A stretch of DNA of 45,100 bases from Pseudobdellovibrionaceae bacterium (GTDB lineage: Bacteria > Bdellovibrionota > Bdellovibrionia > Bdellovibrionales > Bdellovibrionaceae): NCBI GenBank assembly GCA_039810425.1, contig JBDHWW010000024.1:1-45100 (forward strand), in the 5' to 3' direction. Below are positions 29,478 to 37,791 of this stretch, one piece after another. Both the position numbers and the translations under genes were made by a program. How positions within the stretch are numbered: position 1 is the first letter of the stretch; each line of letters begins with the position of its first letter. The notes below the pieces were generated by a model. It had not been told where the DNA came from. It saw only the letters and a list, made by a program, of their open reading frames with translations, and ran no database searches.

Positions 29478-30853
29478 TAGCTTAATTCTTTCTCGAGGAA
29501 CTGAGCGATTTTCTCAGCATATTCAGTGATCTTAATTTTATCAGGCCCCTCAACCAAGATACGAAGCAAGGGCTCCGTGCCAGAGTAGCGAACAAACAAA
29601 CGGCCCTCGTTATTGAGTTGCTTTTCGATTTTCGCAATCAGTTCCGCATAACCCTTGATCTCAGCAAGTTCTGTACGGCGCTTCACACGGCAATTGATCA
29701 GAACCTGCGGAACATCTTCAATCACACGGTTAAGTTCGCTCGCGCGCTTTCCGGTTTGCTTCATCACCGCCAGTACATTCAAAGCCGCCACACAGCCGTC
29801 ACCGGTCGTTGTATGATCCAGGAAGATAATATGCCCTGACTGTTCGCCACCAAGGTTGTAGCCGTTTTTACGCATTTCCTCGACCACGTATTTATCGCCG
29901 ACGCCGACTTTTACAAGCTGGATCCCGTGCTCGGCCATTTTTTTTTCAAGCCCGAAATTGCTCATCTGAGTCGCAACGAGGGTGTTTTTCTTTAAGATTC
30001 CAAGATCTTTCATGTGAAGGGCGCAAAGTGCCAGGATATGATCCCCGTTCATCACTTCTCCTCTTTCATCCACCATGATCACGCGATCCGCATCACCATC
30101 AAGACTGATGCCGACGTCGGCGCGGTATTGAATCACCGCGTCCGCCAGTTTCGCCGGATAAAGCGCTCCGACCTTGTCATTGATGTTTATGCCGTTTGGC
30201 TCATCACCGAGTTGAATGACCTCCGCGCCGAGTTCTTCAAACACCGCTCTTGCCACCTTGTAAGCCGCTCCATGAGCGGTATCCAACACGATCCGCAAAC
30301 CATCCAGAGTGTACTCCAGAGGGAAGGTAGATTTCACATAGACGATATAACGGCCTTGCGCATCGTCTATACGGCGGGTACGGCCGACTTCGCGAGAGTG
30401 CGGAAGATACCTTGTCATATCTTCATGAAGCACCAGGTGCTCAATTTCTCTTTCCATATCGTCAGCGATCTTAAACCCGTCCAGGCCAAAAATTTTAATC
30501 CCGTTATCTTGGAACGCATTGTGGGATGCCGAGATCACGATCCCCGCATCCGCGCGCATCGTACGAGTCAGGTAGCCGATCCCCGGAGTTGGCAGTGGCC
30601 CCACGAGCTGGACATGCACTCCCATAGAGTTCAAACCGGAAGACAGTGCTTGTTCAATCATATAGCCTGACAAGCGTGTGTCCTTGCCAATAACAACTTT
30701 GCGGATGGAAGAAGCCCCGGGGCGAGTCTGCTTGTGCAAAAGATGGCCAATGGCTTGACCGACCTTCAGCACAATATCAGGAGTCATGGGAAATTGGTTC
30801 GCGGTTCCGCGGATGCCATCGGTTCCAAATAAGCGGTTCGATTTTTCTGACAT
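29477..30853 (-). CDS. glmM: Phosphoglucosamine mutase
   Basis: FGTDGIRG, GKDTRLSG, ISASHN, DGDADR, GGEQSGH, RYSGTEP. Confidence 0.97.
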   Translation of the reverse strand: MSEKSNRLFGTDGIRGTANQFPMTPDIVLKVGQAIGHLLHKQTRPGASSIRKVVIGKDTRLSGYMIEQALSSGLNSMGVHVQLVGPLPTPGIGYLTRTMRADAGIVISASHNAFQDNGIKIFGLDGFKIADDMEREIEHLVLHEDMTRYLPHSREVGRTRRIDDAQGRYIVYVKSTFPLEYTLDGLRIVLDTAHGAAYKVARAVFEELGAEVIQLGDEPNGININDKVGALYPAKLADAVIQYRADVGISLDGDADRVIMVDERGEVMNGDHILALCALHMKDLGILKKNTLVATQMSNFGLEKKMAEHGIQLVKVGVGDKYVVEEMRKNGYNLGGEQSGHIIFLDHTTTGDGCVAALNVLAVMKQTGKRASELNRVIEDVPQVLINCRVKRRTELAEIKGYAELIAKIEKQLNNEGRLFVRYSGTEPLLRILVEGPDKIKITEYAEKIAQFLEKELS

Positions 30854-30864
30854 GGGTTTGGTTC

Positions 30865-31314
30865 CTACTTCGTTTTTCGCCCCATCGAGGGAGTTTCGGC
30901 TGCTTTCCCCGTAGCCGCTTCGGACTTCGTAGAGACCTCCGCACGGATCACATTCGGGCGGACTCCCAAAATCCGAACGCCCATCGGCACGTCGATCTTA
31001 TTGAGAGGCACATCGATATCCAAGACGCCTTCTCCTCGGTCTGAAATGTCGATGAGAATACTCTGGGTTTGAGGATTGTCCATAAATTTTTTCAGCGCCG
31101 CCCGCGGCCCTGAAACCTTCACACGGATGTTGTCAGCCGTCTGCGCGACGACCACCTGTTTAGCGCCGGTTTGCAGTTCAATATCGATCTTTTTGCTCAA
31201 GACGAAATCCCGGCGTCCCAAAATCGTGAGCCACAGGATGAGCGAAATAAACAACGCCACCATTTTATAACTGAAATTCTCAGTCACATAAGAGGTCCAA
31301 GGCTTTTTCATCAT
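30865..31314 (-). CDS. cdaR: CdaR/YbbR-like regulator (short, apparently one YbbR domain)
   Basis: NFSYKMVALFISLILW TM anchor, VKVSGPR motif, position between cdaA and glmM. Confidence 0.8.
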   Translation of the reverse strand: MMKKPWTSYVTENFSYKMVALFISLILWLTILGRRDFVLSKKIDIELQTGAKQVVVAQTADNIRVKVSGPRAALKKFMDNPQTQSILIDISDRGEGVLDIDVPLNKIDVPMGVRILGVRPNVIRAEVSTKSEAATGKAAETPSMGRKTK

Positions 31315-32123
31315 AATGAGGCCTCCCCTTGCTGGAAGGCCTTATACTTAAGACCGAAAGTCTCATAAAGCGTCTTACGAATGTCACCCAGCTCTGCATT
31401 TGCGGTCAGGTGCCCCCCTTGGACGATCCCAATGGATTTATTCTCTTCGCTGACAACAAAAACCAAGGCATCGGTTTCCTCCGTCAGGCCAATCGCAGCG
31501 CGATGGCGCGTGCCCAAGTTTTTATCAAGAGCCGGGTTCTTACTGAGTGGCAAGAAACACCCTGCGGAGTGAATCTTCCCCCCCCGAATCAACAATGCCC
31601 CGTCGTGCATAGGGCTTGTAGGGTGGAAAATAGATGTGATGAGTTCCGCGGACACTTTAGCGTCAATCTCCGTTCCAAATTCAATGTGGTAATCAATCAC
31701 AATCTCGCGTTCAACCACCACCAACGCCCCATAGCCCTTTTGGGCAGCGGCGATGATGCCTTTAGCGATCTCCTCAATCACATGAGTCTCTTGCGCCGCC
31801 GACACATCCGTGAAGAACGGATTGCTTCCGATGTGCGCGAGCGCCCGGCGAATCTCACCTTGAAACAAGATCACAACAATCACAAATAAGTTGGAGAAGA
31901 ATTTTTCCAAGAGCCAATTGAATGTGAAAAGCTCGAGCCATATACTGAGAATGTAGCCGATCGCAAGAACCCCGAGACCGGAAAGCATTTGGATGGTGCC
32001 CGTACGTTTAATGAGAACCAAAATGCGATACACCACCATCCAAACCAAGATCATATCTATCAGATCTTGGATTCGGAGGTGGGATACGATGAATCCTAAG
32101 TTATCTATGAATTGCTGAAACAC
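31311..32123 (-). CDS. cdaA: Diadenylate cyclase CdaA/DacA
   Basis: Three N-terminal TM helices, FQGEIRRAL, HDGA and GTRHRAA catalytic motifs, VVSEE. Confidence 0.95.
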   Translation of the reverse strand: MFQQFIDNLGFIVSHLRIQDLIDMILVWMVVYRILVLIKRTGTIQMLSGLGVLAIGYILSIWLELFTFNWLLEKFFSNLFVIVVILFQGEIRRALAHIGSNPFFTDVSAAQETHVIEEIAKGIIAAAQKGYGALVVVEREIVIDYHIEFGTEIDAKVSAELITSIFHPTSPMHDGALLIRGGKIHSAGCFLPLSKNPALDKNLGTRHRAAIGLTEETDALVFVVSEENKSIGIVQGGHLTANAELGDIRKTLYETFGLKYKAFQQGEASL

Positions 32124-32129
32124 CCTTCG

Positions 32130-32158
32130 AGCCTATCACGGGGTGTTTAGATTGTCAC
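32130..32158 (-). promoter_or_regulatory. Putative internal sigma70 promoter for cdaA overlapping the ftsH stop
   Basis: GTGACA (32158-32153)-17 nt-TAGGCT (32135-32130) with extended TG, 6 nt before the GTG start. Confidence 0.6.
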
Positions 32159-34096
32159 AGGGCCTGTGTTGCCTACTGGGTCTCCGGCTGGTTTCTTGTC
32201 CGCCGCGACAGACGCGGTCACACCTAGACCACCGTCCTTTTTGTTATTGCGGATCTTTTCGATCTCACTAACGGCTGCACCATTGATGAGCATCGCCACT
32301 TCGTGACCGTCGATCGTTTCGTATTCCATCAGGGCTTGGGTCAAACGCTCGAGAGCGTCTTTATGGTCCACGAGGATTTTAAAGGCCTTCTTGTACCCCT
32401 CACTGATGATACGAGAAACCTCCGTGTCGATCTCTTCTGCTTTCGCCTCAGAGTAATCTTTCGATTTCTGGCCGTATTGCATCCCCAAGAAAACCGGGCC
32501 TTCGCCTTTTTCATACGCCAAAGGTCCAAGTTTTTCACTCATACCCCATTCGCACACCATGCGGCGAGCAATCGCCGTCGCACGTTCGATGTCGTTCGCC
32601 GCACCGGCCGTCACATCCTTGTAGATGAGCTCTTCCGCCGCACGGCCACCGAATGCAAACGCAATCCAGTTCTCAGCCTGTGACTTCGAGAAGCTCACAG
32701 AGTCTTTCTCAGGCAAAGTCTGAGTGAGACCCAAAGCCATTCCCCGAGGAATGATCGTCACTTTGTGGATCGGATCCAGCCCGGGGATTTTGTAACCGAC
32801 CAGCGTGTGGCCAGCCTCATGATAAGCGGTCATACGCTTATCCTCTTCAGAGATCACCATCGATTTTCTTTCAGCCCCCATAAGAACTTTGTCCTTCGCT
32901 TTTTCGAAGTCCTCGTTCTCAAGATATTTCTTATCCGTGCGAGCCGCGATCAACGCCGCTTCATTCACCAAGTTTTCCAAGTCCGCACCGGAGAAACCAG
33001 GAGTCCCACGTGCTATCTTGGAAGCATCCACATCAGGACCCAGCGGAGTTTTCTTCATGTGAACAGTCAAGATCTGCTCACGACCTTTGAGATCCGGTTT
33101 ATTCACAACGACACGACGGTCGAATCGACCTGGGCGAAGCAATGCCGGATCGAGAACGTCCGGACGGTTCGTCGCTGCGATCAAGATCACGCCTTCCGTG
33201 GATTCAAAACCATCCATTTCAACAAGCAATTGATTCAGTGTTTGTTCCCGTTCATCATGGCCACCGCCCATGCCAGCGCCACGATGACGTCCAACAGCGT
33301 CGATCTCATCAATAAAGATCAAGCATGGAGCATTTTTCTTACCCTGCTCAAACAAGTCACGGACGCGACTTGCACCGACGCCCACGAACATTTCAACGAA
33401 GTCAGAACCGGAAATTGTAAAGAAAGGAACACCCGCCTCACCCGCAACCGCGCGAGCAAGCAAGGTCTTACCCGTTCCCGGAGGCCCCACCAAGAGAACC
33501 CCCTTAGGGATACGACCGCCGAGTTTAGTGTATTTTTTGGGATCTTTCAAAAAGCTCACGATCTCCTGAAGATCGTCCTTTGCCTCATCGACGCCGGCAA
33601 CTTCTTTGAAAGTCACACGGTTTTTATGCTCAGTGAGCATGCGTGCGCGACTCTTACCGAACGACATCGCCTTGCCGCCACCGACTTGAATTTGGCGCAT
33701 AATGAAAAAGAAAAGCCCCACGATTAAAAGCAACGGCAACCAGTTCACAAGGAAAGACTGGAAGAAGTTGTTCGTGTCCGCGCGCTCATAGTTTGGAGTT
33801 AAGCCATTTGCCACGAAGAACTTATAACCTTCGTCGGACGTATTACCAACAATGCTGAATTTAGTAGCACCATTATATTTTTTAGCAAAATCGGATTTAA
33901 CTTCACCGACAATTTCACTGGTCTCTTGGCGGAAAGTGATGTCCGCGACTTCACCTGCTTTGACCGCATCAACGAGCTTAGAGTATGTGAAATCCGGAAT
34001 GGTCTTCTGATGCTTGTTTTCGTAAGCATGGAAGAAAAACACCACCATGATGATCAGGAAGAACCACAGGGCCAAGGTCTTTTGAGTGGATCGCAT
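32147..34096 (-). CDS. ftsH: ATP-dependent zinc metalloprotease FtsH
   Basis: Two TM helices, [17 protein letters not shown] motif, HEAGH. Start is ATG 34096 (MRSTQK) after AAGGAG. Confidence 0.98.
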   Translation of the reverse strand: MRSTQKTLALWFFLIIMVVFFFHAYENKHQKTIPDFTYSKLVDAVKAGEVADITFRQETSEIVGEVKSDFAKKYNGATKFSIVGNTSDEGYKFFVANGLTPNYERADTNNFFQSFLVNWLPLLLIVGLFFFIMRQIQVGGGKAMSFGKSRARMLTEHKNRVTFKEVAGVDEAKDDLQEIVSFLKDPKKYTKLGGRIPKGVLLVGPPGTGKTLLARAVAGEAGVPFFTISGSDFVEMFVGVGASRVRDLFEQGKKNAPCLIFIDEIDAVGRHRGAGMGGGHDEREQTLNQLLVEMDGFESTEGVILIAATNRPDVLDPALLRPGRFDRRVVVNKPDLKGREQILTVHMKKTPLGPDVDASKIARGTPGFSGADLENLVNEAALIAARTDKKYLENEDFEKAKDKVLMGAERKSMVISEEDKRMTAYHEAGHTLVGYKIPGLDPIHKVTIIPRGMALGLTQTLPEKDSVSFSKSQAENWIAFAFGGRAAEELIYKDVTAGAANDIERATAIARRMVCEWGMSEKLGPLAYEKGEGPVFLGMQYGQKSKDYSEAKAEEIDTEVSRIISEGYKKAFKILVDHKDALERLTQALMEYETIDGHEVAMLINGAAVSEIEKIRNNKKDGGLGVTASVAADKKPAGDPVGNTGPVTI

Positions 34097-34125
34097 GCTT
34101 TCTCCTTCTTGAGAAATGTAATTAA

Positions 34126-34154
34126 AGCCTAGCATGGAAGGGAGGGGGTCACAA
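34126..34154 (-). promoter_or_regulatory. Putative sigma70 promoter of ftsH
   Basis: TTGTGA (34154-34149)-17 nt-TAGGCT (34131-34126) with extended TG. Confidence 0.5.
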
Positions 34155-34166
34155 GGCTTGCACCCG

Positions 34167-35099
34167 TTATTCTGGTTTCTGGACCCGAACTTGCTGTGCG
34201 TTAATAACCCAATCCATCCCGCTGACTCTAAAGATGAGGTCTTTTTGGGAAATGTCCAGTCGTTTTTGTACTTCTTCGAGGTGTGATTGCGAAAAACCCT
34301 GCACATTTTGAGACAAAAGATAACTCGCAAGAGCTTGCTTTTGCTGTGTTTTAGCGAGCGCCAAATAATGTGGTCTTGAAATAAAATTCTCTTTAAAAAG
34401 ACCCTCAGGGAACACTTCCGCATCGAGCGTTTCCGCCAGGATTTCCAATGAACGCCCGAGAGCACTCACCGATCCTTTTTGTTTTTTTTCGAGCGCCACT
34501 AACCACTCTTGGCGCATCCAATTTCTCAAGGGGTGGAGATCTGCATTCGATGGATCTTCGAAAGACTCAAGTGAAAGCGCATTGAGATAATCTTGCAAAT
34601 CGTTTTTCGAAATTTTTAAAAATGGACGGAACAGTTCCTTCTGAAGCACTCTCATGGCAGTAAGCCCCTGGCCACCTGTGCCACGAATCAAACGCAATAA
34701 ACGTGTTTCCAGTAAGTCCTCACGGTGGTGCGCGAGCGCGAGAAAATCCGATTTTGTTTTCTTACGAGCCGACTCCAGCGAACTGTGACGAAAATCCCTC
34801 AGGGCGGCCTCGCTAAGCAACTCCACTCCGTGGTGTTTTTCAATATGAAAAGGAATTCCGTGACTTTCACAAAAAGCGCGGCAAAATTCGGCCGCAGCAT
34901 CCCGGTAAGCAGCATTCACTCCCGGGCCATGGTGAACATAACAGGCCTCCACTTGGCTGCGTTTCACTCCGTGGAGCGCACGCAGAAGAGCCAAAGAGTC
35001 CGTACCGCCGGAAAAGCCGACGAGAATTCTCCGCTCGAGAATTTCGCATTCTTTGAGTTCTTTCCAGAGTTGATGCTCCAGATCCAGCCAATCGTTCAA
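34167..35099 (-). CDS. tilS: tRNA(Ile)-lysidine synthetase
   Basis: SGGTDS PP-loop, [36 protein letters not shown]; upstream of ftsH. Confidence 0.92.
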   Translation of the reverse strand: MNDWLDLEHQLWKELKECEILERRILVGFSGGTDSLALLRALHGVKRSQVEACYVHHGPGVNAAYRDAAAEFCRAFCESHGIPFHIEKHHGVELLSEAALRDFRHSSLESARKKTKSDFLALAHHREDLLETRLLRLIRGTGGQGLTAMRVLQKELFRPFLKISKNDLQDYLNALSLESFEDPSNADLHPLRNWMRQEWLVALEKKQKGSVSALGRSLEILAETLDAEVFPEGLFKENFISRPHYLALAKTQQKQALASYLLSQNVQGFSQSHLEEVQKRLDISQKDLIFRVSGMDWVINAQQVRVQKPE

Positions 35100-35100
35100 A

Positions 35101-36435
35101 TCAAGATCCTTGGGCCACAGTTTTTACATTGCAGAATTCATAAAATCCGAAGATTCCGAGTTCGCGGCCGTGGCCGGACTCTTTAACGCCGCCGAACGAA
35201 AGTCTCGCGTCGGATTTGACAAAATCATTCACCACAACAAAGCCGGATTCCATCTTCTTGGCAACAAGTTCCTTCGCGCGAAGCGCATTGCTTGAGAAAA
35301 TTCCGCCACCAAGGCCAAAGGGCGACGAGTTGGCAATCTCCATGGCCTCTTCTTCGCTCTGAGCCTGAATCACGAGCGCCACCGGGCCAAAGAGTTCTTC
35401 CTTGTGAATGCCCGGGTGATTGCGCTCAAAAGTGATCAGGCTTGGCGGATAAAAGGCCCCCGGCCGTTGAGGGATTTCTCCGCCCAACCGCACGACCCCG
35501 CCGAGGGACTTCATCATCTCGACCTGCTCTTGCAACTGAGATTGAAACTTTACGGCCGCCAGGGGCCCTGTCGGGAAGGTCTCAAGTTCCGCTTTCATTT
35601 GCTTCACAAAATTTTCATAGATATCCCTGTGAACAATAAAGCGTTTGGCGGCAACACAGCTTTGGCCGTTATTGAGCATGCGCCCCTGAGCGCAAATCTT
35701 TGCCGCCGTTTCCACATCGGCATCCGATAGAACGATATAGGCATCACTGCCGCCAAGTTCTAAAACGATTTTCTTCAACGCCGCGCCCGCGGTTTTTGAC
35801 ACCTCACGGCCGCCGCGCGTACTGCCTGTGAAAGTCACACCACGGACTTTCGGATGCTCGATTAAATGCGCGGCAATCGCATGATCAATATGCAAATTAA
35901 ACACGATCTGCTCGTCAAAAATATTTTTACAGAGTTCTTCGATTCTTGCCGCACACCCCGCGGTCAAATCCGCGTGCTTTAGTAAAATGACATTGCCAAT
36001 CATAATCGAAGGGGCGGCGAAACGAATAAACTGCCAGAACGGAAAGTTCCACGGCATGATCGAAAAAACAATCCCCACCGGTTCAAAGCGCACTTCGCTA
36101 GCGGCATAATTTGCCGCTACCGCCTGGGGTTTTAGAAGGTCCGGACCTTTTTCCGCGTAGTAATCACAAGTCGCGGCACACTTTTCGATTTCAGCAATCC
36201 CATCTTTTTCGGTTTTGCCCATTTCTTGGGACATCAGACTCGCAAGTTCCGACTTGTGTTCGCGGAGGTTCGCTGCCAGTTGCCTCAACGCCTGAGCTCT
36301 GCGATCCACCGAGACTTCGCGCCACGCTTGAAGACTGCGCGACGCCTGCTCGACGATATCATCGACTTGCTTCAAAGTCAGATAGTGATAGGTTTGAATG
36401 ACTTCACCGGTTGCGGGATTGATTGTTTGAAACAT
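35101..36435 (-). CDS. NAD(P)-dependent succinate-semialdehyde dehydrogenase-like aldehyde dehydrogenase
   Basis: IMPWNFPFWQ, FTGST, LELGGSD, NNGQSCVAAKRF, EELFGP, FGGVKESGHGRELG. Confidence 0.92.
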   Translation of the reverse strand: MFQTINPATGEVIQTYHYLTLKQVDDIVEQASRSLQAWREVSVDRRAQALRQLAANLREHKSELASLMSQEMGKTEKDGIAEIEKCAATCDYYAEKGPDLLKPQAVAANYAASEVRFEPVGIVFSIMPWNFPFWQFIRFAAPSIMIGNVILLKHADLTAGCAARIEELCKNIFDEQIVFNLHIDHAIAAHLIEHPKVRGVTFTGSTRGGREVSKTAGAALKKIVLELGGSDAYIVLSDADVETAAKICAQGRMLNNGQSCVAAKRFIVHRDIYENFVKQMKAELETFPTGPLAAVKFQSQLQEQVEMMKSLGGVVRLGGEIPQRPGAFYPPSLITFERNHPGIHKEELFGPVALVIQAQSEEEAMEIANSSPFGLGGGIFSSNALRAKELVAKKMESGFVVVNDFVKSDARLSFGGVKESGHGRELGIFGFYEFCNVKTVAQGS

Positions 36436-36472
36436 GGCAGCCCCCTAAACTTTTAGGGCCATCATATCGCTC

Positions 36473-36700
36473 TTAGATCTCGGAGAAAACTTGATAAAAC
36501 GAGATGACAAGGGCCACCAAAAAGCAACCGGTCATAATCCCCCACGACAGGATTTTATAAGCCCGCGCCACACGCAGGGCGCTCTTGGTATAGTTCGTGT
36601 TATTAAACACGGGAATCTGAATCAGCATCGCTTTCATGAATTGATGTGCACAAAGACAGAAAAGAACGACCGCAGCTAAGGGAAGGACATATGTACTCAT
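36473..36700 (-). CDS. Small two-TM membrane protein
   Basis: 75 aa with two hydrophobic segments; co-oriented with neighbours; promoter-like GCCGATAC 7 nt upstream. Confidence 0.6.
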   Translation of the reverse strand: MSTYVLPLAAVVLFCLCAHQFMKAMLIQIPVFNNTNYTKSALRVARAYKILSWGIMTGCFLVALVISFYQVFSEI

Positions 36701-36765
36701 AGCGAACGTATCGGCTCAAAATGAGAAACTCAAAGTCCAGTTTCTGCGAGCCCTTGTTTTACGCC

Positions 36766-36816
36766 AAAAAAAAGGGCGGACGGCTCCCGTCTGCCGGGAG
36801 GGCAGTCTCGCCACCC
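36766..36816 (-). terminator. GC-rich structured element with U8 tail (terminator and/or small RNA)
   Basis: Minus strand reads GGGTGGCGAGACTGCCCTCCCGGCAGACGGGAGCCGTCCGCCCTTTTTTTT. Confidence 0.65.
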
Positions 36817-36877
36817 ACTTGAATCTATCCACAGAAAACCCACTTAAATTGGAATGAACCCAGTTTTCAGGATAGGA

Positions 36878-37246
36878 TTAGTCTTTCAGGGTGGTTTCTT
36901 TTTTAAGAATCTCGACCTCGGCCGAGATCTTAAACTTGTGCGTTTCCGCGAACTTTGAAAACTCTTTCACAAGGTCGATCTTTTGAATCATCGCCACCAG
37001 TTCTTTACTCATGCGCTGAGTGATTTCATCTTTGGACTTAGAAGCGCTCTGTAACAGCGTCTGCAGAACTTCTTTCGGAAGTTTCATTTCACCAACATAG
37101 TTGCGTATGGATTCTTCTGTCAGGAAGGCAGCGCTCACGCCGACGGTGAAGACTTTTTTTAAAGCATCACTCAGAAGAGACCTCCCATCCTCGATTTTCG
37201 TATCGTCAGGTCCGTCTTTTTTAGGGTGTTTTCCGTCCGCTGCCAT
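36878..37246 (-). CDS. Hypothetical protein, phasin-like amphipathic helical
   Basis: ATG 37246 (MAADGK) follows the SRPBCC stop; LKKVFTVGVSAAFLTEESIRNYVGEM resembles the PhaI/PhaF-type N-terminal helix. Confidence 0.6.
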   Translation of the reverse strand: MAADGKHPKKDGPDDTKIEDGRSLLSDALKKVFTVGVSAAFLTEESIRNYVGEMKLPKEVLQTLLQSASKSKDEITQRMSKELVAMIQKIDLVKEFSKFAETHKFKISAEVEILKKETTLKD

Positions 37247-37256
37247 AGATTGCTTT

Positions 37257-37688
37257 CTATTTTCTATAAATTTGCGCAACACGCTTGTGGTAAGCACTCA
37301 TCATACCTGGAAGATTCACGCTCACCAAGGCATTGGCGATCGGACCGGGAACAAACATGCTAAAGGTTGCTTCCACCGAATAAGTCGCGCGGCATTTGCC
37401 GGCCTCTTCTTCGAGCTTCCAAGAACCAACAGAAGTTTTAAACACATCCCCACCGGCAAATTCCCACGTGATTGATGTCGACGGGGTTTCAGTCATCCAC
37501 ATCGTGTATTTAAAGGCCTTGATAACGGCCACGTTGAACTCAACAAGCCTGCGGTTGCCTTCAGACTTGAGGACCTTGCATTGTTTCACCTCTTGAAGAA
37601 ACTCGTGGTACTTCTCGTAATCAGAGATGATTTTGTAAAATTCTTCGGCTGTACAATTGAAAACTTCTGTCGTTGATGCTTTTGCCAT
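37257..37688 (-). CDS. SRPBCC/START family protein (RatA/Coq10-like)
   Basis: FYKIISDYEKYHEFL and GDVFKTSVGSWKL; ATG 37688 supported by TTGACA-17-AAGACT upstream. Confidence 0.85.
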   Translation of the reverse strand: MAKASTTEVFNCTAEEFYKIISDYEKYHEFLQEVKQCKVLKSEGNRRLVEFNVAVIKAFKYTMWMTETPSTSITWEFAGGDVFKTSVGSWKLEEEAGKCRATYSVEATFSMFVPGPIANALVSVNLPGMMSAYHKRVAQIYRK

Positions 37689-37694
37689 GGGTTC

Positions 37695-37723
37695 AGTCTT
37701 CCGGAGTCGCCGGAAGGTGTCAA
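37695..37723 (-). promoter_or_regulatory. sigma70 promoter of the SRPBCC gene
   Basis: TTGACA (37723-37718)-17 nt-AAGACT (37700-37695)-6 nt-ATG. Confidence 0.65.
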
Positions 37724-37791
37724 CACCGCTGCGCGGAAAGATTATGTTACGCGGATTAATGTTACGCAACTTTGTCTGTCGTTAAGACTTT

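Noticed and set aside
30014..30670. 218-aa plus-strand ORF, and similar ones at 6709-7338, 31329-31889 and 39175-39828
   Set aside because: Antisense shadows of glmM, glnD, cdaA and the PLD gene with no protein-like features.
32765..33727. 320-aa plus-strand ORF
   Set aside because: Lies wholly antisense to the conserved FtsH AAA domain and has no motifs; a typical shadow ORF.
34097..34465. Apparent 123-aa N-terminal extension of FtsH
   Set aside because: Overlaps tilS in another frame; the SD and promoter point to ATG 34096.
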